Source: Longimicrobiales bacterium (GTDB lineage Bacteria; Gemmatimonadota; Gemmatimonadetes; Longimicrobiales; Gaopeijiaceae). Taken from it: DNA of 64,000 bases. The stretch lies in contig CBDCNQ010000004.1 of assembly GCA_965219445.1 (NCBI GenBank), positions 480,001 through 544,000 of the forward strand. Direction: 5' to 3'. Each line of letters opens with the position of its first letter. Within the stretch, counting starts at the first letter, position 1. Below are positions 37,475-49,279 of the stretch, piece by piece. Under the pieces are notes generated by a model. That model saw only the letters and a program-made list of their open reading frames with translations, was not told the DNA's origin and searched no databases. Both the position numbers and the translations under genes were made by a program.

Positions 37475-38164
37475 CTATTGGACCTGGAAAGTAATCGGCA
37501 ACTCAATCCAAACCGCGACCCTCTGGTCCCGGTTCAGAGCGGGCGTAAACGAGATGATATTCGCGACCCTGAGGGCCGCATCGTCGAACTGCACCTGTCC
37601 TGAACCCTGAGAAACTCTACTGTCCGCAACCACGCCCTGTTCCGAAATGAAGAACCAAACGACGACGGTCCCACCGATTCCGGCGTCCCGAAGAATGGGA
37701 GGATACTCCCTCATCAGGGCTGTCTGGACCTCATTCCGGTTTCTGACCTCTGGCCGGACGGTCATGGGCGTGAACACCGGAGCCGCGGAGATGTCGGCGG
37801 GCCCATCGTCGGTGGGCGGCGGCGGAAGGTCTTCAATCGGATTGTCCTGGAACGTCGTCGGAGCAATCGTGATATCGTCGTCGATAGCCGCGGTGGCCAT
37901 CACGGGCGTCGCAGGCCGCGAAATCGCCTCGGGCGGCGGGGGAATCTCAATTTCCGGCGGAAGCTCGATCATCTCCAGCTCCTCGGCGGTGAAGGATACG
38001 TCCTCCGCCGTAAGCGTCGGCCAGAACTGAAACAGCATGAAGTGGACGACCGTCGCCGCGATCATCGAGCCCCAAAACCACGAACCGAAGGACCGCTTGA
38101 ATCGGTCGTTCTCCGTCTCGAGTTTGTCGGTCACCGCCTCAGCGGGAATGGCTTGAGCGTTCAT
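37475..38164 (-). CDS. tonB: Energy transducer TonB
   Basis: TM with conserved His, Pro-rich linker, YPPILRDAGIGGTVVVWFFI...FTPA TonB C-domain. Confidence 0.9.
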   Translation of the reverse strand: MNAQAIPAEAVTDKLETENDRFKRSFGSWFWGSMIAATVVHFMLFQFWPTLTAEDVSFTAEELEMIELPPEIEIPPPPEAISRPATPVMATAAIDDDITIAPTTFQDNPIEDLPPPPTDDGPADISAAPVFTPMTVRPEVRNRNEVQTALMREYPPILRDAGIGGTVVVWFFISEQGVVADSRVSQGSGQVQFDDAALRVANIISFTPALNRDQRVAVWIELPITFQVQ

Positions 38165-38610
38165 CGTCTCTCCCGTGTCATGCTTTGCTCCAACTCCGTG
38201 GCGAAAACGACTCGAACCACTCCGGCCGCCACCAACTGCTTCTGAAGCAAGTCGATCGTCGTGTACTGGACTTCTCGATCCGCCCGAATCGAAATCACCA
38301 ACGCCCGATCCGAAGCCGCGTAAAGCGGGGCTATCACAGCGGTAACCTCAGGCAGCGTATAGGGCCGGTCATTGATGAAGATGCTACCGTCCCGTTGCAC
38401 CCAGATGTTTAGAATGTTCTTCAGTTTCTCATCGATCTTCTCTGTGGCCTCCGCTGCCGGCCAGACGATCGGCCGGTCTCGGTCCCTCTGGAAAACGGTG
38501 GTCACCATGAAGAAAATGAGAAGCAAGAAGGCGATATCGGCCATCGAGGAATCCGGTACGTTCGAAGACGCCTGGGATTTCCGTGAAAATCCTCCCGACT
38601 TGATCGACAT
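38161..38610 (-). CDS. exbD: ExbD/TolR-family protein
   Basis: SSMADIAFLLLIFFMVTT; IRADRE. Confidence 0.9.
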   Translation of the reverse strand: MSIKSGGFSRKSQASSNVPDSSMADIAFLLLIFFMVTTVFQRDRDRPIVWPAAEATEKIDEKLKNILNIWVQRDGSIFINDRPYTLPEVTAVIAPLYAASDRALVISIRADREVQYTTIDLLQKQLVAAGVVRVVFATELEQSMTRERR

Positions 38611-38613
38611 GGC

Positions 38614-39039
38614 CTAACCCTCGAAGAGTTGCAGAGATATACGTTCGGCACCCGCACTGTGAAGCGCATCCAAGACGTCTACCATGAACTTGTAGGGTGC
38701 TTGGGGATGGGTCTTGACCGCGGCGATGAGATTGGGATTTTCGCTCACATCCTGGCGCCAAATCGCTTCGACCCCGTTGGGCGGCGTGGTCTGCACCTGC
38801 TGGCTTTCCCCACGCTTGATTTCGATGAGCCCATTGGGCTGAATGATGATGTGAAGGATATTCTGGGCACTGACCGCGACCTCACCGCCCTCCTCCGGGA
38901 GGACGATGGCGAGCCCCTTGTCCTTCGGGAACGTCGTCGTCACAAGGAAGAAAATCAGAAGTAGGAATGCGATGTCCGCCATCGATGAGGACGGAACCTT
39001 GTCGCTGACTTTCGATTTCTTTTTGTCTAGTACGGCCAT
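38614..39039 (-). CDS. exbD: ExbD/TolR-family protein
   Basis: SSMADIAFLLLIFFLVTT. Confidence 0.9.
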   Translation of the reverse strand: MAVLDKKKSKVSDKVPSSSMADIAFLLLIFFLVTTTFPKDKGLAIVLPEEGGEVAVSAQNILHIIIQPNGLIEIKRGESQQVQTTPPNGVEAIWRQDVSENPNLIAAVKTHPQAPYKFMVDVLDALHSAGAERISLQLFEG

Positions 39040-39104
39040 TTCTGCAGCCCTCGTATGTTGTGCCCAACGTACCGGCTATCCGCCGGAAAGGTTCCTCAAA
39101 ATCG

Positions 39105-39833
39105 CTACGATGTCGCCCCGCCGGAGCCCGAGTCTTGGGGCGGCATGTCCGCCGGTGAGCCAGCGCCCCTAACCCCGGCCGAGGCCAACGGTTGGTCAAT
39201 CCCCCGGCTGTAGGAAAGATCGAGCACTTTCTGCGCCCCCTGCTCCATATCGAGAATCAGCGTGTCGATCCGAGTGACGAAGAAGTTGTAACCGATATTA
39301 ACGGGAATCGCGATCAGCAGTCCGGTCGCCGTCGTCAGCAACGCTACCTTGATCCCTCCGGCAACGAGCGTCGGATCGACATCTCCGGCGGCCTCGATCG
39401 CGGCGAACGCGAGAATCATTCCGACCACGGTGCCCAAGAAGCCCATAAGCGGCGCGACGTTGGCCACGGTGGCCAGAATGACGAGGCCCCGCTCCAGAAA
39501 CCCGAGCTCGATTGTCCCCGTCGTGCGAATGGCTGAAGCCAAACCCTTGTCGCTGGTATCGTCGGACGTGATACGGCGCAGCCCAGCCACAAGAATCGCG
39601 GCCGCCGGGCCGGGACGCGCTGCCGCGAGCTCCGCCGCATCGGCAAGGCGGCCCTCGGAAGCGGCCTCTTCGACCTCGGCGAGCACGGTCTGAGTGCTCG
39701 CGTGCGCAACCCAAAGGGTCCACGACTTGGCAATGATCACACCCAGCGCTATGAGCGAACACAGCACGAGCGGATACATCATAAACCCGCCATCAGAGAA
39801 CAACGACAGTAGGTGATATTGACTGGCGTCCAA
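39105..39833 (-). CDS. exbB: MotA/TolQ/ExbB proton channel protein
   Basis: GGFMMYPL, APLMGFLGTVVGMI, GIKVALLTTATGL; AAGGAG RBS before TTG 39833. Confidence 0.92.
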   Translation of the reverse strand: MDASQYHLLSLFSDGGFMMYPLVLCSLIALGVIIAKSWTLWVAHASTQTVLAEVEEAASEGRLADAAELAAARPGPAAAILVAGLRRITSDDTSDKGLASAIRTTGTIELGFLERGLVILATVANVAPLMGFLGTVVGMILAFAAIEAAGDVDPTLVAGGIKVALLTTATGLLIAIPVNIGYNFFVTRIDTLILDMEQGAQKVLDLSYSRGIDQPLASAGVRGAGSPADMPPQDSGSGGATS

Positions 39834-39892
39834 GCGCCGCTCCTTTGCAAAACGGTCCGCTGATCGCCGACCGCTCGACGATCCGACATCTA

Positions 39893-39934
39893 AAGTGGCG
39901 GAAATGTACAGTTGAAGTGGCGGGAATGTACAGT
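39893..39934. repeat. 20-bp direct repeat at 22-bp period upstream of exbB
   Basis: AAGTGGCGGAAATGTACAGT-TG-AAGTGGCGGGAATGTACAGT (19/20 identical). Confidence 0.85.
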
Positions 39935-40004
39935 GCCCGTCCAAAATTTCCTAGTGGGGCAAACGGATTTCCCCTCTACACCGTCTAGGGAATGAGGAGC
40001 AGAA

Positions 40005-40808
40005 TCACGCGAGGGTGGGGGGCTGCGCGAGTGCCCCGGCGCGCTCCGGCATTGTTCCACCGAGAAGCTCCCGGAGGCGAGCTGAATCGACATCCCGCTC
40101 CAGGCGGCCCCGCAGCGCGATGGAGATCTTTGCCGTTTCTTCACTGACCACGATGACCAGGGCATCGGTCTCCTCACTGAGGCCGATCGCCGCCCGATGC
40201 CGTGTGCCCAGCGTTTTGTCGGTGACGGCAAACTGCGTCAACGGTAGAATCGCCCCCGCGGCTCGGATCTCGGCGCCGACAATGATCACCGCGCCGTCGT
40301 GCAATGGCGTCCCGGGCGTAAAGATCGTCTGGAGCATCGCCGCCGAGACACCTACCCGCTCCCGGCTGCCCGTTTGAGCGTACTCATCGAGGCCCACCTC
40401 CTGCTCCAGAACTATGATCGCGCCAGTCTTCTTTCGGGCAAGCTCCGCCACCCCGTGCACGATCTCGTCGATGAGCTGGTTTTCGGGCATCGGGTTTACG
40501 ATGCGCAAGAGTCGGCTCTGACCGAGGCGGCTGAGCGCGGTCCGGAGTTCTGGCTGAAACACAACCAGCGCCGCGATCGCACCGTACTGAAGGAGGGTTG
40601 AGAGCAAGGACTCGATGAGCGTCAGTCTCAGGACCTGAGAGAGCAGATAGGCGGCCGCAATGACGAGGACCCCGAGCAGAATCTGCATTGCGCGGGTCCG
40701 CTGAATGATCAGAAGAACCCGAAATAGCAAAAAGGCCACAAAGAGTATCTGCAGCAGGTCCAGCCACCCCGGAAGAAAGAGCTGAAGCTGGGACCAGAGC
40801 TGAGACAC
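40005..40808 (-). CDS. cdaA: Diadenylate cyclase CdaA
   Basis: Three TM helices, VVFQPELR, PLHDGA (DGA), GTRHRAA (RHR), VSEET. Confidence 0.95.
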   Translation of the reverse strand: MSQLWSQLQLFLPGWLDLLQILFVAFLLFRVLLIIQRTRAMQILLGVLVIAAAYLLSQVLRLTLIESLLSTLLQYGAIAALVVFQPELRTALSRLGQSRLLRIVNPMPENQLIDEIVHGVAELARKKTGAIIVLEQEVGLDEYAQTGSRERVGVSAAMLQTIFTPGTPLHDGAVIIVGAEIRAAGAILPLTQFAVTDKTLGTRHRAAIGLSEETDALVIVVSEETAKISIALRGRLERDVDSARLRELLGGTMPERAGALAQPPTLA

Positions 40809-40811
40809 CGA

Positions 40812-42947
40812 CTAGCTCGACGCGTCGGCCTCCGGGTCCTCGGCGCTGAGTCGCACTACGGGAGTGCGCACCGTACCCGGGCTCGTCTCTTCATCACTGG
40901 ACGGCTCGTCACCGAGCTTGACCGCCGTTGACACCTCCACCTCGTCCACGGACTCGGTGTCCAGTTCGTCCAAATCCGCATCGGCCGCGTCCGCCTCCGG
41001 CTCTCCACCATCCACCCCGCTCCCTTCCGACTCGCCCGCCTCGTCGTCGGTCGCCTCGTCTCCGTTCGCAAGCGGCGGAAGCTCCTCGCCCGCGTCGAGG
41101 AGATCGATCTCGGTGGAGCCCAGGGTCTCTCGATCGAGGAGCGCCTGCGCAACTCGTTCGAGGAGATCGCCATGCTCCTTTATGATCGAAATGGCGCTCT
41201 GCTCGGCCTCATCCAAGACCCTCTTGATCTCCTGATCCACCTGCTGGGCGGTGTGCTCCGAGACCTCCCGGCGCTGAACCAACTCCCGGCCCAAGAAGAC
41301 CTCCTGATCGCCTTGACCGACCGCCATGAGTCCGATCACGTCCGACATGCCGAAGCGGGTCACCATCTGCCTCGCCATGGCCGTCGCTCTCTCGATATCG
41401 TTCCCCGCTCCCGTTGTGATCTTGTCCGGACCGAACGTGAACTCCTCGGCTACGCGCCCTCCGAACAGCATACACAGCTGCCCTTCGAGCCACTCCTTGG
41501 TGTAGGAGTGCCGATCTTCCTCCGGAAGGCTGGCCGTGATCCCGAGCGCGCGTCCCCTAGGCACGATCGTGACTTTGTGCACGGGGTCGAGCCCCGGAAG
41601 TCTGAGCCCGATAACGGCGTGGCCGGCCTCGTGGTAGGCGGTAAGCTCCCGCTCCGAATCGGTCAGAACCAGGCTTCGCCGCTCGGCCCCGAGCATGACC
41701 TTGTCCTTCGCCTCCTCGAAATGAAGCATGGCGACCTTGTCACTCCCGTCCCGAGCCGCCAGAAGAGCGGCCTCGTTACAGATGTTCGCTAGATCCGCGC
41801 CACTCAGCCCGGGCGTGCCCTTGGCCACCACTTTCAGCTCTACATCTCCCGCGAGCGGCAACTTCTTGGCGTGCACCCGTAGAATCCCCTCGCGCCCCCG
41901 GACGTCCGGGGAATCCACGATCACCTGCCGATCGAAGCGGCCCGGCCGCAAGAGGGCGGGATCGAGCACATCCGGTCGGTTGGTGGCCGCCAGCAGAATC
42001 ACGCCCTCGTTCGACTCGAACCCGTCCATTTCGACCAGAAGAGCGTTCAGCGTCTGCTCCCGCTCGTCGTGTCCTCCACCCAAGCCGGCTCCACGGTGGC
42101 GGCCCACCGCATCGATCTCATCGATGAAGATGATGCAGGGAGCGTGCGCCTTCCCTTGCTCGAAAAGGTCGCGAACTCGGGAGGCACCCACACCGACAAA
42201 CATCTCGACGAAGTCCGAACCCGACATCTGGAAGAACGGCCGGCCCGCTTCTCCGGCCACGGCTCGCGCAAGGAGCGTCTTGCCCGTTCCAGGGGGGCCC
42301 ACCAGGAGGACGCCCTTGGGCAGACGGCCACCGAGTCGTGAGAACCGCTGCGGATCTTTGAGGAACTCGATGATCTCCTCGAGCTCGGTCTTGGCCTCGT
42401 CCGCCCCGGCGATGTCTGCGAACGTCACCTTGGGGGTGTCGGGGGAGATCAGCTTCGCTTTGGACCGTCCGAACTGAAACGCTCGATTGCCCCCGCCCTG
42501 CATGGTCCTGAATATCCAGATCCAGAACGCGATGAACAGAATCCATGGGAGCATTGTCACGAGGATCGTACCCCACCCCCGCGTCTCCAGCTGACCCGAG
42601 ACTTCGACGTCGTGCTGCTCCATGTCGGCGAGAAGCTCAGCCGTGATCTCACCCGGCAGCATCGTCGTGAAGTTCTGGAACTCACGGCCCTCCTCCATGC
42701 GGGGGGCCCTGAGCTCACCTTCGATTCGCCTGCTCTCGACGACCGTCACCTCGAGGATATTGTCGGCGTCGAGCTGCGTCCTGAACTCGGTATACGTGAA
42801 TTCGATCGCGGCCTGCTCCTGCCCTCGCATCAATTGCACGAGGAGAGCCGCCATCAGTACGAGCAGCAGCCAAAAGGCCCCCGTCCTGGAGACACGGGTC
42901 ATCTTGGAGCTGTCGTCCGGAGGTCGAAGCGGGTCTTGTTCAGCCAT
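40812..42947 (-). CDS. ftsH: ATP-dependent zinc metalloprotease FtsH
   Basis: [29 protein letters not shown] motifs; acidic C-terminal tail. Confidence 0.98.
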   Translation of the reverse strand: MAEQDPLRPPDDSSKMTRVSRTGAFWLLLVLMAALLVQLMRGQEQAAIEFTYTEFRTQLDADNILEVTVVESRRIEGELRAPRMEEGREFQNFTTMLPGEITAELLADMEQHDVEVSGQLETRGWGTILVTMLPWILFIAFWIWIFRTMQGGGNRAFQFGRSKAKLISPDTPKVTFADIAGADEAKTELEEIIEFLKDPQRFSRLGGRLPKGVLLVGPPGTGKTLLARAVAGEAGRPFFQMSGSDFVEMFVGVGASRVRDLFEQGKAHAPCIIFIDEIDAVGRHRGAGLGGGHDEREQTLNALLVEMDGFESNEGVILLAATNRPDVLDPALLRPGRFDRQVIVDSPDVRGREGILRVHAKKLPLAGDVELKVVAKGTPGLSGADLANICNEAALLAARDGSDKVAMLHFEEAKDKVMLGAERRSLVLTDSERELTAYHEAGHAVIGLRLPGLDPVHKVTIVPRGRALGITASLPEEDRHSYTKEWLEGQLCMLFGGRVAEEFTFGPDKITTGAGNDIERATAMARQMVTRFGMSDVIGLMAVGQGDQEVFLGRELVQRREVSEHTAQQVDQEIKRVLDEAEQSAISIIKEHGDLLERVAQALLDRETLGSTEIDLLDAGEELPPLANGDEATDDEAGESEGSGVDGGEPEADAADADLDELDTESVDEVEVSTAVKLGDEPSSDEETSPGTVRTPVVRLSAEDPEADASS

Positions 42948-43028
42948 ATGTGGATAACACCTCAAGCGCCATCGGGGTTCGTCCCGACGTTTTCAAACGT
43001 CTCAATATAACGCCGGCAGCGGAAGCTT

Positions 43029-44426
43029 TCACCGAGTATCCGCTGCGCCCTCATCTCCCTGCGCGGTCGGGGGAGGCGATACGGACAGCATAAGCGCATC
43101 GTCTTCGGCGCCGGGCAAGAGGAGCGAGGACCGGGCCACGCCCGGAACCCAGAGTACCCTATCTTTGCCGTCGACGACAACCGGGACCCGAGAGCGCTCC
43201 TCCATGGCTACGCGTTTTTCCCCGAAGATCTTCTTCAGCTTCTTCGATCCATAAGAGCGCTTCATGCGATCTCCCGAGCTCCATCCACGAAGTGTTACCG
43301 GAAACTCGAGCCCCGAAACGGAGAACCTCTCCACCCAAGGAGTTATCGGACCTTGGTCGAGCGACCAAGTGACGGACCAGTCCCGGCCTCCGATCAAGAC
43401 GACTGCCCGCCCGTTGCCCGGGCGCTCGATATCGAAGCTCTGGTCGACAGCCGAATCGGACGGATGGCTGAAGACCAGCCGGTCGAAGTACCGCATCAAA
43501 TGTACCGTACCGGAGATCGGGTGACCGTGACCACTGGAGCCGGCGCTCGCAAATGCCAAGGCAGAGCGGGTTCCGGCCTCACCCAGCGTGGCCCCCAGTC
43601 GGCCTGCCAACTCCCGAAGAATCCGAGCCCGTACGGCCGCTTCATGACCCAGAAACGCAGTTCGGTCGATTTCGATGCGACGATCGCTTTCCTCGGTCAC
43701 CAGGTCCCGCACGATTGGGTCTAGTAAGGACCTCCACGCTGCTTCTTCGGCGCTCGCGATGCGTCCCAAGCGCACAAGGGATTTCCGCGCAGCGGGAGCG
43801 ACCCCCGCTTCGAGACGAGGGAGAATTTCGTTTCGAATGACGTTACGGGCGAAGCGCGGGTCCACGTTGGATGGATCTACGCGGGGTCGAATACCCGTCG
43901 AATCCGCGTACTCAGACAGACGAGCCCGAGTGAAGGGAAGGAGCGGACGCAGGATGCCGGGGTCTCTCTTCTCCGGAATCCCTTCGAGACCGCGCAGCCC
44001 GGTGCCCCGTACGATGCGAAACAAAATGGTCTCGGCTTGATCGTCGGCATGGTGTGCGGTCAGAACCCATCTCGCTCCAAGCGTCTTCCGTTCCCCCTCG
44101 AAAAACGCATAGCGCGCGTCGCGCGCCTCCTCCTCGTTCGACGGACGGCTTTCCGCCAGTCCGACCCTGCACTCTAGGCCCCACGCCGCGGCCCATCCGC
44201 GAACCCAGAGCGCTTCGGCGTCGCTGCCGGAGCGGATTCGATGGTTGAAATGACCAACCACCAGTTCCAGGGCAGGCAGCCCCGGGGAGAATCTCAGAAG
44301 ATGGAGCAGGGTCAAGGAATCCACCCCACCGGAAACGCCCACTAAAATGCGGTCGCCCGCCGTGAAGAACCCCCGCCGCACAACGTGGTCGGTGAAATCG
44401 CGCGCGAGTCCGAGGTACGCGTTCAC
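43029..44426 (-). CDS. tilS: tRNA(Ile)-lysidine synthetase
   Basis: VSGGVDS, AHHADDQAET, RPLL, DPSN..RNVIR motifs. Confidence 0.95.
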   Translation of the reverse strand: MNAYLGLARDFTDHVVRRGFFTAGDRILVGVSGGVDSLTLLHLLRFSPGLPALELVVGHFNHRIRSGSDAEALWVRGWAAAWGLECRVGLAESRPSNEEEARDARYAFFEGERKTLGARWVLTAHHADDQAETILFRIVRGTGLRGLEGIPEKRDPGILRPLLPFTRARLSEYADSTGIRPRVDPSNVDPRFARNVIRNEILPRLEAGVAPAARKSLVRLGRIASAEEAAWRSLLDPIVRDLVTEESDRRIEIDRTAFLGHEAAVRARILRELAGRLGATLGEAGTRSALAFASAGSSGHGHPISGTVHLMRYFDRLVFSHPSDSAVDQSFDIERPGNGRAVVLIGGRDWSVTWSLDQGPITPWVERFSVSGLEFPVTLRGWSSGDRMKRSYGSKKLKKIFGEKRVAMEERSRVPVVVDGKDRVLWVPGVARSSLLLPGAEDDALMLSVSPPPTAQGDEGAADTR

Positions 44427-44480
44427 GGGTCTAAGCCATGTGATTCGAAAGGGGGGCGCACATCCGGCCCGGCCCGTGTG

Positions 44481-44996
44481 TTAGGACGCTCGCGCCGCGT
44501 CCCTGAATCCCTCGGCGTCCGCCGGATCCACCCCGTGCAGACGGAACAGCACGAGGTCGAGGAGGCGATCGGTGAGGGCGAGGTCCCGAGCCCTCTGGTC
44601 GTCCTCCTCCTCACCGGCTTCCCCCATCCCGTCCTGAAGGGCCACGACCCGCTCGGCCAAGAACCTCACGATTTCCTCGGCGATTTCAGGCCTTGGATTC
44701 GCCGGAGCGAGAGAGTCCGGCATGACCTGATCGAGCAGAAGACCCCGGATGAAGGCGAGAAACCCTGGGAAGGCGAGCTCCGCAAGAGGCTCACCCTCGA
44801 CTTGCTCCTCGTCGGTGATGTTTTCCCACGCGAGCTCGTTGAGATACAGGTCGGTCGCCGCATTGCGCAGGTGATCGCGCTCGGGCTCCGACAACTCGTC
44901 GCCTCGGGCTGGCTCCGGTACGGCGAGCGGGCGCCCCAAAGCGCGCTCCATCTTCTCTCTCCGCCCTTCGAGCAGGGTGGTTGCCCGATCGTTCAT
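44481..44996 (-). CDS. Hypothetical helical protein
   Basis: 171-aa acidic helical ORF with RBS, co-oriented with tilS. Confidence 0.7.
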   Translation of the reverse strand: MNDRATTLLEGRREKMERALGRPLAVPEPARGDELSEPERDHLRNAATDLYLNELAWENITDEEQVEGEPLAELAFPGFLAFIRGLLLDQVMPDSLAPANPRPEIAEEIVRFLAERVVALQDGMGEAGEEEDDQRARDLALTDRLLDLVLFRLHGVDPADAEGFRDAARAS

Positions 44997-45110
44997 ACCT
45001 GAGCTCCTGGATGACTCAACTACGCCACGGGTCTGCCGACCCGCTTGCCCGCTTATGTACGTAAGTTACACATCTGTGTGCCCAGCCCGCCACCGTCGGG
45101 GCAAGCCAAC

Positions 45111-45140
45111 GAAAAGCCCAGGCCACCGGCCCGGGCTTTC
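45111..45140 (-). terminator. Terminator after tRNA-Met
   Basis: Minus strand reads GAAAGCCCGGGCC-GGT-GGCCTGGGCTTTTC. Confidence 0.7.
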
Positions 45141-45142
45141 GA

Positions 45143-45216
45143 TAGCGGAGGAGGGACTCGAACCCCCGACACGCGGATTATGATTCCGCTGCTCTAACCA
45201 GCTGAGCTACTCCGCC
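45143..45216 (-). tRNA. tRNA-Met(CAT), elongator type
   Basis: GGCGGAGTAGCTCAG...GCGGA-ATCATAA-TCCGC...GGTTCGAGTCC...CCGCTA; paired acceptor end and no GGG/CCC anticodon stem, so not initiator; Ile2 not formally excluded. Confidence 0.93.
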
Positions 45217-45354
45217 GTGCTGTTCAAGCCCCCAAAGCTCAAAAGAGTATCAGGGGGTGTCAATGGAGCCATCCTCCCCTTCCGGGGGTAGACTGGAAAA
45301 GCGCTTAGAACGCGCGTCAGCCACTAAGCACCCTCATTTCGAAGGCGGTGTAAC

Positions 45355-46347
45355 ATGGACTTCGGTTCCTTCTTCGGCGTGACCGCGATCATCGGGGGAG
45401 TGGCTCTGCTCACGAGCCTGCGCATCCTGTTCGAGTATCAGCGTGGCGTCGTCTTCAGGCTCGGTAGGCTCACGCGGGCCAAGGGACCCGGACTCATTTT
45501 TTTGGTCCCGTTCGGAGTCGAGCGCATGAAGAAGATGGATCTCCGGATCGTAGCGCTCGACATCGCTCCGCAGGACACGATCACGAAGGACAACGTCAGC
45601 GTGAAGGTCAACGCGGTCGTGTATTTCCGCGTCACCGACCCGTCCAAGGCGGTCGTAGAGATTGAAGACTACTACTTCGCGACGAGTCAGCTCGCGCAGA
45701 CCACGTTGCGGAGCGTCATCGGGCAGTCGGAGTTGGACGAAATCCTCGTCGAACGTGAGCAGATCAACCGGGTGGTCCGCGACATCATCGACGAGGGGAC
45801 CGATGCGTGGGGCATAGAAGTGACGGCCGTGGAGGTCAAAGACATCGATCTCCCCCAGGAAATGAAGAGAGCGATGGCCAGGCAGGCCGAGGCGGAGCGA
45901 GAACGGCGGGGCAAAGTCATCGCCGCCGCCGGAGAGGCGCAAGCGGCCATAAAGCTGGCCGAGGCCGCCCAGTTGATCCAGGACTACCCCGTGGCCATAC
46001 AGTTACGATTTCTCCAGACGATGGTGGAGATCGCCGCTGAGAACAATTCGACAACCGTGTTCCCAGTCCCCATGGACCTCTTCAAGCCCATCGTGGAAGC
46101 CGGTGAGCGATTCAAGGCGCTGGGCGCACTGCCGGGGGCGCAGAGTGATCCGTCGAAGACGCTCGGAGTGGAGGCGTCCGAAAACGCGCTACCCCCCGGC
46201 GTCGACCCACAGATACCCGCCGGCGTGGATCCGGCGATGCTCACCGACGCGGCCAAAGCCATTTTGGGAATTGGGAGCGGCGAATCCCCGTCGGACGAGC
46301 AAGCCGTCCCCTCGACTCAGAGGGCCAGGGAGGACGAGGGCGAATGA
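45355..46347 (+). CDS. SPFH/stomatin-like (slipin) protein
   Basis: [47 protein letters not shown]. Confidence 0.92.
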   Translation: MDFGSFFGVTAIIGGVALLTSLRILFEYQRGVVFRLGRLTRAKGPGLIFLVPFGVERMKKMDLRIVALDIAPQDTITKDNVSVKVNAVVYFRVTDPSKAVVEIEDYYFATSQLAQTTLRSVIGQSELDEILVEREQINRVVRDIIDEGTDAWGIEVTAVEVKDIDLPQEMKRAMARQAEAERERRGKVIAAAGEAQAAIKLAEAAQLIQDYPVAIQLRFLQTMVEIAAENNSTTVFPVPMDLFKPIVEAGERFKALGALPGAQSDPSKTLGVEASENALPPGVDPQIPAGVDPAMLTDAAKAILGIGSGESPSDEQAVPSTQRAREDEGE

Positions 46348-46366
46348 TCCTGGCGGTCTCGCGCCC

Positions 46367-46681
46367 TCAACGACACTCTGGATCCTGGACCGCGTCGGTA
46401 GGCACGGAGTCCGTAGGTCCGGTGATGCGGTAGAGGACCTCCCCCGCTCGAATCATCCCGTAACGCTCTCGCGCCAACCGTTCGATGGTCGCCGAGTCCG
46501 ACTCCAGGGCGTTCGCCCAGGCCCGTAGACAATCGTTAGCCTGCTTCAACTCCACGAGCCTCTGTTCCAGCTCGACTCTCTCGGCCCGAATGCGGCCGAC
46601 CTCGAATACGGAATACTCTCCACCGAACAACGCGAAGTAGAGGGCCAGTCCGATCAGCACAGGGAAGATGAACCGCTTCAC
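46367..46681 (-). CDS. ftsB: Septum formation initiator FtsB/DivIC
   Basis: TM plus coiled coil, IERLARERYGMIRAGE; directly after eno. Confidence 0.85.
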   Translation of the reverse strand: MKRFIFPVLIGLALYFALFGGEYSVFEVGRIRAERVELEQRLVELKQANDCLRAWANALESDSATIERLARERYGMIRAGEVLYRITGPTDSVPTDAVQDPECR

Positions 46682-46717
46682 GGCATTTGCCTCAGTCGTG
46701 TCACGAGTTGCGCCACT

Positions 46718-48001
<1,284 letters not shown>

Positions 48002-48184
48002 TTACTCACTCCTCTGGTAACTGACCCGCCGCTCGGTCCCAGCGACGGTGGCCGTGGTTCAAGATGGGTTCGACTTCGACTTCGATGGCCCCAGAACATC
48101 GTCCAATGGGCGCTCGCCCGGTAGACAGGAGCGGAGGTGGGCTCGCCCACGCGAACTGTGATGGTTCCGGGGGGGATGCCGATC

Positions 48185-49279
48185 TCAGCGCGATCCTTCG
48201 CCGGAGGCAAAGTGGTCGAACCCCCCACTCAACTGGTCCGGTCCCACGGCACCGACGACTTCGACCCCTGAGCCGTCCTCCACATGGCCAACACACGTCA
48301 GTCCGATCCCGAAGCGCTCCCGAAACTCGTTGGCCCACCGGACGGTCACGCCCGGCGGTGAGACGAAGCAGAGCTCATAGTCCTCCCCTCCCGACATCGC
48401 CAGGGACGGCGCGTCCTCCGCGGAGAGATCGGGGTGGACCGGAACGAGTCGCGCATCGAGTACGATTCGCACGCCTGACGCAGCCGCTAGGTGTCGAGCA
48501 TCACCCGCCAAGCCATCCGAGAGATCGATCATGGCCCGTACTTGCACTTGGTCGGCCAGCCAACGTGCCTCGCTGATGCGGGCCGTCGGCCGTGCGAAGG
48601 ACCGCCGCAGGCTCGGGTCGGGCTCCGCACCGTCCCGCCAGGCGCGCACCGCCCCGGCGCTCCCTCCCAACACGCCCGTGACCCAAAGCTCGTCACCGGG
48701 TTGTGCGCCGCTTCGTGTCACGGGCTCTTCCGACTCTCCTACGACAGTTACATCGATGACGACCGGCCCGGGAGACGCGGAGAGGTCGCCTCCCACCAAG
48801 GGCGCGCCAAGCTTCTCTAAAGCCGTCTTGATCCCGTCCCCAAGTGCGGACAGGACGGTCTGAGCCTCCTGGGGGGCGACCGCCAAAGAGATCAACACTG
48901 CAGCGGGGGTGGCCGCCATGGCCGCCAGGTCGCTCGCCGCCGCCGTGACAGCGCGCGCACCGGCCTCGGCAAACGTTATCCAGCTTCGACGGAAATGCAC
49001 GTCCTCCACGCTCAGATCGGTGCTCATCACCAGCCGCCCCGCATCGATGACCGCTGCGTCGTCACCCGGACCCAGCCACACCCCACCCCCCCCGGGGACA
49101 TGAGTCTTTACGTCGGCGCCAGTGCCGGCCGCCGGGTTCACCTTCCGCAAGAGGTCGCGTATCAGATCGAATTCAGTACCGGAGCCCATCTCGACCATGT
49201 CACTCGTCGCAGCACCGTGCCACCTGGTGCGGGCGACACCGCTCGGACCCCGGTTATCATCGTCCGCCGCGTGAGTCAT
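48185..49279 (-). CDS. thiL: Thiamine-monophosphate kinase
   Basis: EFDLI, GPGDDAA, SDLAAM, GGD, IDLSDGL, GGEDYEL, GFDHF. Confidence 0.93.
   Translation of the reverse strand: MTHAADDDNRGPSGVARTRWHGAATSDMVEMGSGTEFDLIRDLLRKVNPAAGTGADVKTHVPGGGGVWLGPGDDAAVIDAGRLVMSTDLSVEDVHFRRSWITFAEAGARAVTAAASDLAAMAATPAAVLISLAVAPQEAQTVLSALGDGIKTALEKLGAPLVGGDLSASPGPVVIDVTVVGESEEPVTRSGAQPGDELWVTGVLGGSAGAVRAWRDGAEPDPSLRRSFARPTARISEARWLADQVQVRAMIDLSDGLAGDARHLAAASGVRIVLDARLVPVHPDLSAEDAPSLAMSGGEDYELCFVSPPGVTVRWANEFRERFGIGLTCVGHVEDGSGVEVVGAVGPDQLSGGFDHFASGEGSR

Noticed and set aside
48006..48338. 110-aa ORF between thiL and eno
   Set aside because: Largely overlaps thiL in another frame, with no recognisable motif
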